64,000 nucleotides of DNA from Candidatus Acidiferrales bacterium (GTDB lineage Bacteria > Acidobacteriota > Terriglobia > Acidiferrales > 2-02-FULL-67-57), in the NCBI GenBank assembly GCA_965247455.1, contig CBDFHE010000010.1, positions 4,392 through 68,391 of the forward strand, in the 5' to 3' direction. Position numbers and translations under genes: made by a program. The first letter of the stretch is position 1. Each line of letters opens with the position of its first letter. Positions 47,134 to 57,036 of this stretch are shown here, in pieces. Under the pieces are notes generated by a model. The model worked only from the letters and a program-made list of their open reading frames with translations. It was not told the origin of the DNA and did not search any database.

Positions 47134-49380
47134 ACCCTACGCTTGGTCTATACTTGTGCCACTGCGGGGGGGAGGGTGTGGAGCCCTCCGGCGATGCAGT
47201 GAAACAACTGGTACAAAGCTACCGTACAGGTGTGCTGTGCGTGGAAGAAGCGCCGGTGCCGGCCTTGCGGCCGGTGGACGTGCTGGTGCGCAATGCCTAC
47301 TCGCTCATCAGTCCCGGCACCGAGCGAGCGCAACGGCAACTGGCGCGCGCCAGCCTGTGGGAAAAAGCCCGCCAGCGCCCGGAGCGCCTCCGCCAAGTGG
47401 TGCGCAATCTCCGTCAGGAAGGCTGGCTCGCCACCTATCGCAAGGTGATGGACCGGCTGGACACTCCGGTGGCGCTCGGCTACTGCTCGGCCGGCGTGGT
47501 CGAAGACGTAGGCCGGGTAGTGGAAGGAATCCGCGTGGGCGAGCGCGTCTCCTGCGACGGCGAAGACCACGGCTCTCACGCCGACGTGGTTTACGTCCCG
47601 CGAACCCTCTGCGTGCGCCCGCGTGCCGGAAAACGTCTCCCTCGAGCACGCCGCCTTTGCGCCCCTGGGCGCCATCGCATTGGAGAGCCTGCGGCAGGCC
47701 CAGGCCCAGTTGGGCCATCGCGTCGGCGTCATAGGCACAGGTTTGGTAGGCTTGCTGATTGTTCAACTCCTCGAAGCTGCCGGCTGCCATGTGCTGGCCG
47801 CCGATCTTGAAAACGACCGCATCCACCTCGCCCACGAGCTCGGCGCCGAACAAACTTGCGAAGTCGATCAATTGGAATTCGCCGCCGACGAATTCACCGG
47901 CGGCCGCGGCCTGGACGCCGTCATCCTGGCCGCCGCCGCCAATTCAGCCCAGCCGGTGGAGCTGGCCGGGCGCATCGCCCGCGAAGCCGCCCGCATCGTA
48001 GTTGTCGGCGCCTTCCCCCTCCAGGTTCCCCGCCGGCTCTACTACGAGAAGCAATTGACCCTCGCCTTCTCGCGCGCCTTCGGGCCCGGCTCCTACGATC
48101 CCGACTACATCGAGCGCGCCCGCGACTATCCCTACGGCCACTTGCGCTGGACCGCTGGGCGCCACCTGGAAGAATTCCTTCGCCTCCTGGCCCGCGGTCA
48201 CATCCGGGTGGAACCCCTGATCACGCATCGCTTCCCCATCGAACAAGCCTCGGACGCTTACCGACTGTTGGAAGACCCCGCCGCGCGGCCGCTGGGCATC
48301 ATGTTTTCCTACCAGCCCGACAATCCGGTGTCGCGCGCGTCGATCGTGCTCCGCTCAGCGCGAACAACCGCCGGAACCGAACAGATTCGCCTGGGGGTCA
48401 TCGGCGCCGGCAAGTTTGCGCAAACCTACCTACTCCCCCACCTGCGGCGTCCGCACGTCCGCTTGGTGACGCTGGCCACCGCTACCGCCCCCAGCGCCAG
48501 CCACGTGGCGCGCAAATTCGGTTTTCAGCAATTTAGCTGCGATGCCGAAAATGTCATCGCCGACCCCACCATCAACTGCGTCCTCATCGCCACCCGGCAC
48601 GACCTGCACGCACGGTTGACCTGCGCGGCGCTCGCGGCCGGCAAAGCCGTTCTGGTGGAAAAACCTCTCGCCCTGACGGAAGCAGAGTTGCGCCGGCTGG
48701 CTCATGTGGCGCGGCAGACCGGCGCCCGCCTGCAAGTCGGCTTCAACCGCCGCTTCTCTCCCCTAGCCCAACGGGTGCGCGAGTATTTTCACCAACGGCA
48801 AGGCCCGCTGGTGCTCACCTACCGCGTGAGCGCCGCTCCCCTCCCGCCCCAGCACTGGATCTACGATCCGGTCGAAGGCGGCGGGCGCATTCGCAGCGAA
48901 GCCTGCCACTTCATCGACCTACTTTCCTTCTTCGCCGGTGCGCCCCCCGTACGCGTGTATGCAGAACCAATGCAAGACCTCGCAGCCAGTCTGCGCGAAG
49001 ACGAGAACGTGATCATCAGTTTGAAATTCGGCGACGGCTCCACCGGCTCGGTCACCTACACCACCCTCGGCCAAGCGGGCCTCGACCGCGAGCGAATCGA
49101 AGTGTTCGGCGGACACAGGGCGGCGCACATCGACAACTTTCGCCGCGCTCACCTGCACCAGGGGAATCGCCACCGGCGCATCCGGCACTGGCGGCAAAAT
49201 CTGGGCTACCGCGAGGAACTCAACGCTTTTCTCTCCGCCGTGGCCACCGGCGCTCCCATGCCGATTCCGCTCGACGACATGTTAGCCACCTCGCTCGCCA
49301 CGCTGCGGGTAGTGGAATCCTTGCAACGGCGCCAGCCGGTGGAAGTCAATCTGGCTGCACTCGGCTCCCAGCATGACTGA
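47130..49380 (+). pseudogene. bi-domain oxidoreductase (zinc-type alcohol dehydrogenase domain fused to Gfo/Idh/MocA domain), split by a 1-nt frameshift near 47618-47622
   Basis: ORF 47130-47810 carries KQLVQSYRTGVLCVEEAPVPALRPVDVLVRNAYSLISPGTE...HADVVYVPRTLCVR and then runs into nonsense. ORF 47623-49380 continues VPENVSLEHAAFAPLGAIALE...VIGTGLVGLL...IRLGVIGAGKFAQTYLLPHL...EKPLALT. Removing one C from CCC 47618-47620 joins them. The true start may be GTG 47199. Confidence 0.8.
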
Positions 49381-50401
49381 CCTCCTCACCCCACAGAGCA
49401 CCGATGCAGCCATTGCCGCCGCCTACCGCGGGAAGACTGTCCTCATCACCGGTGGGGCGGGTTGCATCGGATCAAATCTGTGCCGGGCTCTGCTCGATGC
49501 CGGTGCCGCACAGGTGGTTTTGCTTGACGACCTCTCCGTTGGTTTCCGCTGGAACCTTCCTTCCCCCGACCGGATCACTTTCATCCAGGGCAGCGTAACC
49601 GACGCCAAAGTCCTGGCCCGCGCCCTGGCCCGGCAGCCGGACGTGCTCTTCCACTTGGCGGCGTTCTTTGCCAATCAGAACTCGGTTGAGCACCCGGAAG
49701 AAGACTTGCACGTCAACGGTCTGGGTACGCTTCGCGTGCTTCAGCAGGCGCACCGCAGCAGCGTGGGCCGAGTGGTGTACGCCTCCTCCGGTTGTGCGGT
49801 GTACGATGCAGAAGCGCCGTTGCCGCTGCGGGAAGAGTTCGTCACCCTGCGTCTCGCTACGCCCTACCAAATCACCAAGCTGTTGGGCGAGCTCTACAGC
49901 AACTTCTTTTACGTCCACCACGGCCTGCCGGCGGTGCAGGCGCGGCTCTTCAACGTCTATGGCCCGGGGGAAGTGCCCGGGCGCTACCGCAACGTCATCC
50001 CCAACTTTTTCTACTGGGCGCACCACCGGCAGCCTTTGCCGATCACCGGCACCGGAGAGGAGACGCGCGATTTCACCTACGTGGATGACATCGTTCGCGG
50101 GCTGTTGCGCTGCGGTGTTCTCCCGCAGGCCGTCGGCCAGGCTATCAACCTGGCCTGCGGGCAGGAAACCCGCGTACTCGACCTGGCTGAACAAATTAAC
50201 ACGCTGACAGGTAATCCCGCCGGCCTGCGCCGCGTGGAGCGTCGCCCCTGAGACAACCAGTTCCGACGCCGCGCCTGCCTCAAAAAGGCGCGGAACCTGC
50301 TCGGCTACCGGCCCCGGACCGACCTGGCCAATGGGCTGCGCCGGACTCTTTCCTGGTTTCACGATCACCGGTGCGAAATCGAAGCCGCCGCCCGCTTCTA
50401 G
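49373..50401 (+). pseudogene. NAD-dependent epimerase/dehydratase (SDR) with an in-frame TGA at 50249-50251
   Basis: VLITGGAGCIGSNL and YASSGCAVY...YQITK (YxxxK). After ...LRRVERRP the TGA is followed in frame by DNQFRRRACLKKARNLLGYRPRTDLANGLRRTLSWF...*, the normal C-terminus of this family (TAG 50399-50401). Confidence 0.8.
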
Positions 50402-50470
50402 GCGCAAATTGACAGCCCGCCAGTACGCCGCTATGATGAGCGCAAGTTCACTACTCACACGGAGGCAACA

Positions 50471-50689
50471 GTGGCTCGAAGCAAAAACCAACTCAAGAAG
50501 ATAGCAGTGGCGGTGGGACGTGCCGTGGGTCGAGCCGAGGCGCGCGCCCGCCGGGCCAAGAAAGTGGCCGAGAAGGCGCGCAAGCAAGCGAGAGCTCGTG
50601 TCCAGCAGGCCAAGAAGGCCGCCGAGAAAGCCCGTAAGCGAATCCGCAAAACAGCCAAGAAAGTTCGGCGGCAATGGAAGAGACACTAG
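50471..50689 (+). CDS. small highly basic Ala/Lys/Arg-rich protein (72 aa)
   Basis: MARSKNQLKKIAVAVGRAVGRAEARARRAKKVAEKARKQARARVQQAKKAAEKARKRIRKTAKKVRRQWKRH. GTG start 5 nt after GGAGG. GC3-rich codons. Overlapping track ORFs in other frames look like shadows. Confidence 0.5.
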   Translation: MARSKNQLKKIAVAVGRAVGRAEARARRAKKVAEKARKQARARVQQAKKAAEKARKRIRKTAKKVRRQWKRH

Positions 50690-50699
50690 GCGGAAGACG

Positions 50700-51470
50700 A
50701 TGAAAGGCATTGTTCTGGCCGGGGGTACCGGCTCGCGTTTGTCGCCGCTCACGCGGGTGACTAACAAGCACCTGCTCCCCGTGCACAACCAGCCCATGAT
50801 CTACTACCCCATCCAAACCCTGGTGAACGCCGGTATCCGCAACATCCTGCTCGTCACCGGCGGGCAGGACGCCGGTGACTTCCTGCGCCTGCTCTCCAAC
50901 GGCAAAGACTTCGGCCTTCAGCACATCAACTACACCTACCAGGAAGGCGAAGGCGGCATCGCCGACGCTCTGCGGCCGGCTGAGCACTTCGTGCAGGGCG
51001 AGAAGGTCTGCGTGGTTCTGGGCGACAACATCATCGAGGGCAACATTTGCGAGGCCGTGCAGCGCTTCCAGCAACAGGAACGCGGCGCTCACCTGCTGCT
51101 CAAAGAGGTGGACGACCCGGAGCGCTTCGGCTGCCCGGAGATTGCCGACGACCGCATCCTCCGCATCGAGGAGAAGCCCAAGCAGCCCAAGTCGCGCTAC
51201 GCGGTGACGGGCATTTATTTCTACGACGCCACCATCTTCGAAAAGATCAGCCGGTTGCGGCCGAGCGGGCGGGGCGAGTTGGAGATCACCGACGTCAACA
51301 ACATGTACCTGGAAGAGGGCACGCTGTCCTTCAGCGTGTTGGACGGCTGGTGGACGGACGCGGGCACTTTCGACTCGCTGCGGCACGCGACCAACCTGGT
51401 GGCGGAGACGGGCGCCAATAAGTTGACGCCGGCGGCAACGCCCAGCCGAGCGTCCGTAGGGACGGACTGA
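50700..51470 (+). CDS. rfbA: glucose-1-phosphate thymidylyltransferase (RmlA-like)
   Basis: MKGIVLAGGTGSRLSPLTRVTNKHLLPVHNQPMIYYPIQTL...VLGDNI...DPERFG...EEKP..PKSRYAVTGIYFYD...PSGRGELEITDVN is collinear with E. coli RmlA as I recall it. The part of track ORF 50520-51470 upstream of 50700 is rejected. Confidence 0.88.
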   Translation: MKGIVLAGGTGSRLSPLTRVTNKHLLPVHNQPMIYYPIQTLVNAGIRNILLVTGGQDAGDFLRLLSNGKDFGLQHINYTYQEGEGGIADALRPAEHFVQGEKVCVVLGDNIIEGNICEAVQRFQQQERGAHLLLKEVDDPERFGCPEIADDRILRIEEKPKQPKSRYAVTGIYFYDATIFEKISRLRPSGRGELEITDVNNMYLEEGTLSFSVLDGWWTDAGTFDSLRHATNLVAETGANKLTPAATPSRASVGTD

Positions 51471-51537
51471 AGCGCGTGCGATTGCTGGTCACCGGCGGGG
51501 TGGGTTTCACCCCGCTCCAACCCATCTCGCGGGCAAG

Positions 51538-52629
51538 ATGGAAAAAGACGCGATGAAATTGCTGATTACGGGTGGAGCGGGGTTCATCGGCTCGAACTTC
51601 ATCCGCTATCTACTACAAGAGCACGCCGAGGTCGAAGTCACCAATTTCGACGCACTCACCTACGCCGGCAATCTGGAAAACCTGGCCGGGGTGGCCGAAG
51701 ACTTCCACTACCGCTTTGTGCGCGGCGACGTGATCGATGCCGCTGCCGTCGAAGAAGTCCTGCGGCGCAACTTTGACGCCGTCGTCCATTTCGCTGCCGA
51801 GACCCACGTCGACCGCAGCCTGGAAGACGCGGCGCCCTTCCTCCGCACCAACATCCTGGGCACGCATACGCTGCTGGAGGCGGCGCGCCACCGGGGTGTC
51901 GACCGCTTCATCCAGATCGGCACCGACGAAGTCTACGGCAGTGCGCCCGCAGGTGTGAGCTTCGCAGAGGACGCGCCCCTCGCGCCTTCCAGCCCCTATG
52001 CGGCCAGCAAGGCCGCCGCCGACCTACTGGTGCTGAGCTACGTGCGCACCTACCGCTTCCCCGCCCTGGTGCTGCGCTGCTCGAACAATTACGGGCCCTA
52101 CCAGTTCCCGGAGAAGCTCATCCCGTTGATGATCGCCAACGCGCTCGAAGACAAGCCGCTGCCGGTCTACGGCGATGGCTTGCAGGTGCGCGACTGGATC
52201 CACGTCGAAGACCACTGCCGCGCCATCCACCGGGCGCTGCTGCAAGGCCGGGTGGGAGAAGTCTACAACATCAGCGGCGTGGCCCAACCCACCAACCTGG
52301 AGGTGATTCGCACCCTGCTGAAACTGTTGGGCAAACCAGAGTCGCTGATTAGTTTTGTGGAAGACCGCCCCGGGCACGACCGCCGCTACGCGCTCGACAG
52401 CAGTAAGATTCGGCAGGAGCTGGGCTGGTCGCCCTGCCACAGCTTCGAAGCGGGGCTGGAGCATACCGTGCACTGGTACCGCACCCACCCGGAGTGGCTC
52501 GACCTGTGCCGCAGTGGCGCCTACCGCGACTACTACCACCGCCACTACCAGCAACGCGGGGAGACACTGGAGCGGCTGCGTCGCGCGAGCGAAAAGCGAC
52601 CCGCCGGCTCGCTGTCTTCAACCGACTGA
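51538..52629 (+). CDS. rfbB: dTDP-glucose 4,6-dehydratase
   Basis: LLITGGAGFIGSNF, THVDRS, GTDEVYG, YAASKAAADLL and RCSNNYGPYQFPEKLIP. Start may be 51538 or 51553. Confidence 0.93.
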   Translation: MEKDAMKLLITGGAGFIGSNFIRYLLQEHAEVEVTNFDALTYAGNLENLAGVAEDFHYRFVRGDVIDAAAVEEVLRRNFDAVVHFAAETHVDRSLEDAAPFLRTNILGTHTLLEAARHRGVDRFIQIGTDEVYGSAPAGVSFAEDAPLAPSSPYAASKAAADLLVLSYVRTYRFPALVLRCSNNYGPYQFPEKLIPLMIANALEDKPLPVYGDGLQVRDWIHVEDHCRAIHRALLQGRVGEVYNISGVAQPTNLEVIRTLLKLLGKPESLISFVEDRPGHDRRYALDSSKIRQELGWSPCHSFEAGLEHTVHWYRTHPEWLDLCRSGAYRDYYHRHYQQRGETLERLRRASEKRPAGSLSSTD

Positions 52630-52657
52630 ACTCAGCGTTTCGTCCGGGGCCGGCACC

Positions 52658-53401
52658 ATGAAATACCTGTCGGTGGAGCCAATCATGTCGTTGCACCGCT
52701 GCATGGTTTTGCTGGTTGCTTGTTTTCTGGCAACTGGGCCGCTGGCCGGAAGCTCCGCGCCGGCTCCGGAAGTAACTGGGTTGGTTGAGCGTGTATCGGG
52801 CCAGGCGCGACTGAACGGCATCCCGCTGCGCGTGCACACCACTTTGTTTCACGGCGACCGAGTGAGCACGGCCGCCGCCGCGCGCGTGCTACTGGCACTA
52901 GGGAAAAGAACGCAAGCGATGCTGGACCCTTCCTCCGAAGTCGTTGTGTACAAGTCCGAGGGCGGCATCAAGCTTTCACTGCGCTCCGGCCGACTACTGC
53001 TACGGCAAGAAAAGGAAGTGCGGATTCAAATCGAGCTGGCGGGCAGCACGGTTTTCCTCTCAGCCGGTGAGAGTCACGCCATCCTCTGCGAATTAACCTA
53101 CCTCGCAGATGAAGTGTCGGTTGCCTGTCCCGCCGGCGAAGCCCGGCTCTGGACGAAGGGCCCGGAAACATCCATCCGGGTTCCAACCGGCCGCCGGGTT
53201 TCCCGCCAAATCTCCGACGGGAAATTCCCAGCCAGCGAAAGAAAGTCCAAAGAGAATCTCCCCGAGAAAGAAATCAACACCAAGTCGCTGTGGCGAGTGG
53301 GAATCATTACCGCAGCGGCGGCTGCGGCTGTCTCGGTCCCTCTTCTTACGCGTCTGGGAGACGATTCAGAAAAGTCCTCCGTGAGCCCGTCCGGCCTGTA
53401 A
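52658..53401 (+). CDS. hypothetical exported protein, FecR-like domain
   Basis: Hydrophobic N-terminus. Pattern GLVERVSGQARLNGIPLRVHTTLFHGDRVSTAAAARVLLALGKRTQAMLDPSSEV...LRSGRLLL resembles FecR sensor domains. C-terminal TM helix. Confidence 0.5.
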   Translation: MKYLSVEPIMSLHRCMVLLVACFLATGPLAGSSAPAPEVTGLVERVSGQARLNGIPLRVHTTLFHGDRVSTAAAARVLLALGKRTQAMLDPSSEVVVYKSEGGIKLSLRSGRLLLRQEKEVRIQIELAGSTVFLSAGESHAILCELTYLADEVSVACPAGEARLWTKGPETSIRVPTGRRVSRQISDGKFPASERKSKENLPEKEINTKSLWRVGIITAAAAAAVSVPLLTRLGDDSEKSSVSPSGL

Positions 53402-53497
53402 AGGCGCTTGCAGCTACTCCACGGCAAACGCCAGCGTGGAAAACCAGCTTTGCCAGTCGGCGTCGCTGAACTCGGTGGGTGACCACCGCCACCATCG

Positions 53498-53791
53498 TCA
53501 AACCCGACCGGGCGTAACCTCGGCCACCAGCGACTTCCCTTCCACCCGGTAGCCGGTCACCTCCACGCGCCCTGCGTCGGATACCGCCTCAAAGCGAGCG
53601 ATGCGGTCCGGCGCGGCGGCAGTCTCGCTGGCGGGAAAGTCCTCGCTGGTGTTGAGCGCCACCTGCGCGGGACGCCCGGGCTCGATGCGGAAACTCTCCG
53701 GCACAAGCCAGGTATCATGCGCGGGGAGAATCAAAACTGCGAAAAACAACACGGCTGTCAGTGGGATCGCTTTTTTCACGGGTGCCTCCAA
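53498..53791 (-). CDS. DUF4198-like N-terminal fragment (possibly a truncated or degraded gene)
   Basis: Signal peptide, then AHDTWLVPESFRIEPGRPAQVALNTSEDFPASETAAAPDRIARFEAV, as at the start of DUF4198 periplasmic proteins. Only 97 aa, whereas my recollection is that the family is usually about 250 aa. Confidence 0.4.
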   Translation of the reverse strand: MEAPVKKAIPLTAVLFFAVLILPAHDTWLVPESFRIEPGRPAQVALNTSEDFPASETAAAPDRIARFEAVSDAGRVEVTGYRVEGKSLVAEVTPGRV

Positions 53792-53957
53792 TCGAATAGC
53801 TGCTGCCGCGCCCTCCTATATACAAACGTCGCGCCGCTCTTTTCAACTCCCCTTTCCTTCCCGGCATGGCGGCTTCGCCCCTGCCTTCCTTTTGCCAAGC
53901 CAACCCGGGTGCGGCATACTGGAGCGCGCCGCCGAAAGGCGCAAAGAGCACAAGAGC

Positions 53958-55361
53958 ATGAAAGACTTAACCCAGGGTTCGATCACCAAACACCTCTTGC
54001 ACCTCTCCGCCTATCTGTCGGTGACCATCGTTTCCATCTCACTCTACCATCTTGCCGATCTGTACTGGGTCGGCCGCCTGGGCAAGGAAGCCATCGCGGC
54101 GCTAGCCCTGGCCGGCAACCTGATGTTTGTGGTGATTGCTGTAGGTCAGGCGCTGGGCGTGGGCATCTCCACCCTGGTTTCGCACGCCACCGGGGCTAAG
54201 GATCAAACGCAAGCTCGGTTGATCTTCAACCAGGGTCTGGTTTTCAGTACGCTGGCAGGTCTGGGAATGGTGCTGCTGGGGTTTGCCGTGCGGCCCTACT
54301 ACTTCGTCTGGCTGGGGGCAAGCGCAAGGACAAGCGCGCTGGGTCAAGACTATCTGTTCTGGTTCTTACTGGCTTTCCAGATTCAATTGATCGGAATGAC
54401 TTTCGGGGGAGCGCTGCGCGGCGTCGGTGACGTGAAAACACCCATGGTCATAAACGGCTTTGCTGTGCTGCTGAACATGGTGCTCGACCCCGTGCTGATT
54501 TTCGGCTGGGGCCCGGCGCCGGAGCTGGGCGTAGCGGGCGCGTCGCTGGCCACGCTGGTGGCAGCGCTGACCGCAGGAATCCTCTTAACATGGCATTTCA
54601 ACCGCGGCCGCAGTTATCTCCGTTTTGTGCCTTCGCAGTGGCGGCCGCGCTGGAACCTCTTGCAACGCGTGCTGTCGATTGGCGCTCCCGCCGGAGCGCA
54701 ATTCGGGTTGCTGGCAGTGTTTCTAATGCTGGCCTTCTTGGTTATTGGTCGGTTCGGGACTTCCGCCCAGGCCGGCTTCGGCGTGGGTCAGCGGGTGATG
54801 ATGTCGATCATGCTGCCGGTGTTGGCCATCGCTTTTGCCACCGCGCCGCTGGTGGGGCAAAACGTCGGCGCCCGCCGGCCCGACCGCGTGCGGCAAACGT
54901 TCTACGCGGCCTTGACGCTGGCTGTTGGAACTGCAATCGCTCTAACGCTGCTCTGTCAGATTGTGCCGGAATGGTTCATCCGATTCTTCTCACGGGAACC
55001 CAGCGTGGTGGCCTTCGGAGCCGAGTACCTGCGGGTTGTGGCCTGGCACTTCGTGGCCTCAGCCGTGGTCCACATCACAACCAGTGTGTTTCAGGGGCTC
55101 GGCAACACGGTTCCGCCGCTGGCCAGTGCGGCCGTGCGACTGGCGGCGTTCGCCGTGCCGGTTGTGCTGCTGGCGCAGATGCCCGGATTCCAGTTCCGGC
55201 ACGTGTGGCATCTCTCGGTGGGCTGCGTTTTCTTGCAGGCGCTGCTGCAACCTCTACTTGCTCAAGCGCGAGTTTCGCCGGCGCGCGCAGTTCTTCCAGC
55301 CCGCTACCCTGCTGGCGCAAGAACCGGCCAGCGACTAGAGCAGCGCGTGAAACTCGCCTAG
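53958..55361 (+). CDS. MATE family efflux transporter
   Basis: 12-TM pattern with ...YWVGRLGKEAIAALALAGNLMF..., GALRGVGDVKTPM and GVAGASLATL. A C-terminal frame ambiguity is listed under rejected observations. Confidence 0.85.
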   Translation: MKDLTQGSITKHLLHLSAYLSVTIVSISLYHLADLYWVGRLGKEAIAALALAGNLMFVVIAVGQALGVGISTLVSHATGAKDQTQARLIFNQGLVFSTLAGLGMVLLGFAVRPYYFVWLGASARTSALGQDYLFWFLLAFQIQLIGMTFGGALRGVGDVKTPMVINGFAVLLNMVLDPVLIFGWGPAPELGVAGASLATLVAALTAGILLTWHFNRGRSYLRFVPSQWRPRWNLLQRVLSIGAPAGAQFGLLAVFLMLAFLVIGRFGTSAQAGFGVGQRVMMSIMLPVLAIAFATAPLVGQNVGARRPDRVRQTFYAALTLAVGTAIALTLLCQIVPEWFIRFFSREPSVVAFGAEYLRVVAWHFVASAVVHITTSVFQGLGNTVPPLASAAVRLAAFAVPVVLLAQMPGFQFRHVWHLSVGCVFLQALLQPLLAQARVSPARAVLPARYPAGARTGQRLEQRVKLA

Positions 55362-56392
55362 CGGACTGCAGCGGCGGACTCGGCGCCGTAGAAAGCAAAC
55401 CAGGGCGTGGCCGCCTTGAGCCGCTCATTCACCGCCTGGATATTTTTCACTCCCTGACCGCCCAGCCAATCTTCCAGCGCCTTCACACCCTGCTTAGCAT
55501 AGACGGGGATGCCTTCCTTCCAGGTGGCGCGTCCGCAGAGCACGCCGGAAAAGTTGACGCCGGCTTCGGCCGCCAGCTCCAGCGTCTCGGTGAACTCGTC
55601 ATTACTCACGCCCGCGCTCAGGTAGATGAACGGCCGCCGGGCCACCGCCGCCGCTTTCTTGAACTCGTCCTTGGCCTGCTGCTTAGTCCACACCTTGGTG
55701 CCCTTGAAGGACGCGGTGCCCTCCACGAACTTCATGTTGATCGGCACTTCTACCTTCAGCACGTCCACCCCGTAGCGGTCCTGCGAGAATTCTTCCATTG
55801 ATTTCCGCACCGCTTCCGGCTTCTTGAGAGCGTAGTCCGGCCCCTTCTCGTCCAGGCCGGCCTCGTAGCCGATGAACTCCAAGAAGAAAGGAACGTCCAG
55901 GTCGGCGCACTCCGAACCGATGCGCTCGATGTAAGCGTGCTTCTGGTCGTTGACCTCCTTGGGCTCGGAGGGTGCGTAATAGAGCAGAATCTTGATGCAG
56001 TTGGCGCCGGCTTCTATCAGCCGCCGCACCGACCACGTCGGCAACAAGTCCGGCAACCGCCCCGGCTGGGTATTATCGTAGCCGCTCTTTTCGTAGGCCA
56101 GCAGCACTCCGGTGCCTTTACTCACGTGCGGCAGCGCCGGCAGCGAGTATTCCGGGTCGAGCAGAATCGCGCTGGCATAAGGAGACAAAACTCGGGCTAC
56201 CGCCGCTTTGAATTCGGTCATATCTTCCAGCTTCACCTGGCTCTTGTCCACTCCCCGGTTTTGCGCGATGGCTTTCAACAGCGAGCCCCGCTGGTCCATG
56301 GCGGCTGCGGCGATGACGCCCACCTTGCCCACCGGGCCGTTCTTGGTCGCAACTGCTTCCAATCCCTTGCGTTTGCCTTCTGTCAGCTTCAT
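55358..56392 (-). CDS. tagatose-1,6-bisphosphate aldolase (LacD-like class I aldolase)
   Basis: MKLTEGKRKGLEAV...IAAAAMDQRGSL...ILLDPEY...LLAYEKSGYD...KILLYY...DVLKVEVP...IYLSAGV match the LacD family layout. Confidence 0.85.
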   Translation of the reverse strand: MKLTEGKRKGLEAVATKNGPVGKVGVIAAAAMDQRGSLLKAIAQNRGVDKSQVKLEDMTEFKAAVARVLSPYASAILLDPEYSLPALPHVSKGTGVLLAYEKSGYDNTQPGRLPDLLPTWSVRRLIEAGANCIKILLYYAPSEPKEVNDQKHAYIERIGSECADLDVPFFLEFIGYEAGLDEKGPDYALKKPEAVRKSMEEFSQDRYGVDVLKVEVPINMKFVEGTASFKGTKVWTKQQAKDEFKKAAAVARRPFIYLSAGVSNDEFTETLELAAEAGVNFSGVLCGRATWKEGIPVYAKQGVKALEDWLGGQGVKNIQAVNERLKAATPWFAFYGAESAAAVR

Positions 56393-56727
56393 TCTCTTCC
56401 TTCTCCTCGCGGCAGTAACTCCTGCCAGCCTCAGTGAATTCTCAGAACCTACGAATTAAGACAGTGCTTGTTATTCTAGCACGCGACCATATATTGTGGC
56501 ACTACGGAACTACAGGGATGTAAATGTTGCAGCCCCATATGGAACACCCGTTGGCGAAATTGGCAACAAGCTTGTTGCTCAGGAGTCTTATCGGCAAGAC
56601 CCGGCCATTTCTTCGCTGGTATTATGCGGGAAGTCTGACGCGGAGGGAGGCTGCTCGGCTGGACTCCGCCCCTCTATATGTCCAGCGCTTGCGGCGCCAT
56701 CTAATCAAGTCTCTTTGTTCTGGCGTA

Positions 56728-57036
56728 TCAACCCTTCTTTTGTTGAATTTCCCGCAGGCGGCCGAAGGCGCGGCGCAGGTGCGGGATGGTAATCGAGCCG
56801 CCCACCACCAGTCCGATATTCAGAACCTCCAGCAGCTTTCCCCGCGTCGCCCCTTCTTCCCGGCAGCGCTCCAGGTGGTAGGTCACGCAGTCGTCGCACC
56901 GCAACACCAGCGACGCCACCAGCCCCAGCATCTCTTTCACCTTCGGCTCCAGCGCCCCTTTCTCGTATGCCTGGTGGTCAAGCGCGAAAAAACGCTTCAG
57001 GCCCAGGTGGCCGCTCTCCAGGATTTCCTCGTTCAT
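56728..57036 (-). CDS. carboxymuconolactone decarboxylase (AhpD-like) family protein
   Basis: 102 aa with LDPKVKEMLGLVASLVLRCDDCVTYHLERC (CxxC..H motif). Confidence 0.85.
   Translation of the reverse strand: MNEEILESGHLGLKRFFALDHQAYEKGALEPKVKEMLGLVASLVLRCDDCVTYHLERCREEGATRGKLLEVLNIGLVVGGSITIPHLRRAFGRLREIQQKKG

Noticed and set aside
50249-50251. TGA recoded as Trp (alternative genetic code) or as selenocysteine
   Set aside because: Many well-defined genes in the window terminate correctly at TGA (for example pgl, the methyltransferase/MTHFR fusion and wecB). The genome is GC-rich, and I see no SECIS-like hairpin immediately downstream. A nonsense mutation or base error is simpler.
55225-55361. 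Alternative C-terminus of the MATE transporter
   Set aside because: The frame of ORF 54961-55338 gives ...NLYLLKREFRRRAQFFQPATLLAQEPASD, which looks more like a typical MATE tail than the in-frame ...QPLLAQARVSPARAVLPARYP. The difference is a single base and only about 40 residues. I cannot decide from the sequence alone, so I kept the uninterrupted frame.
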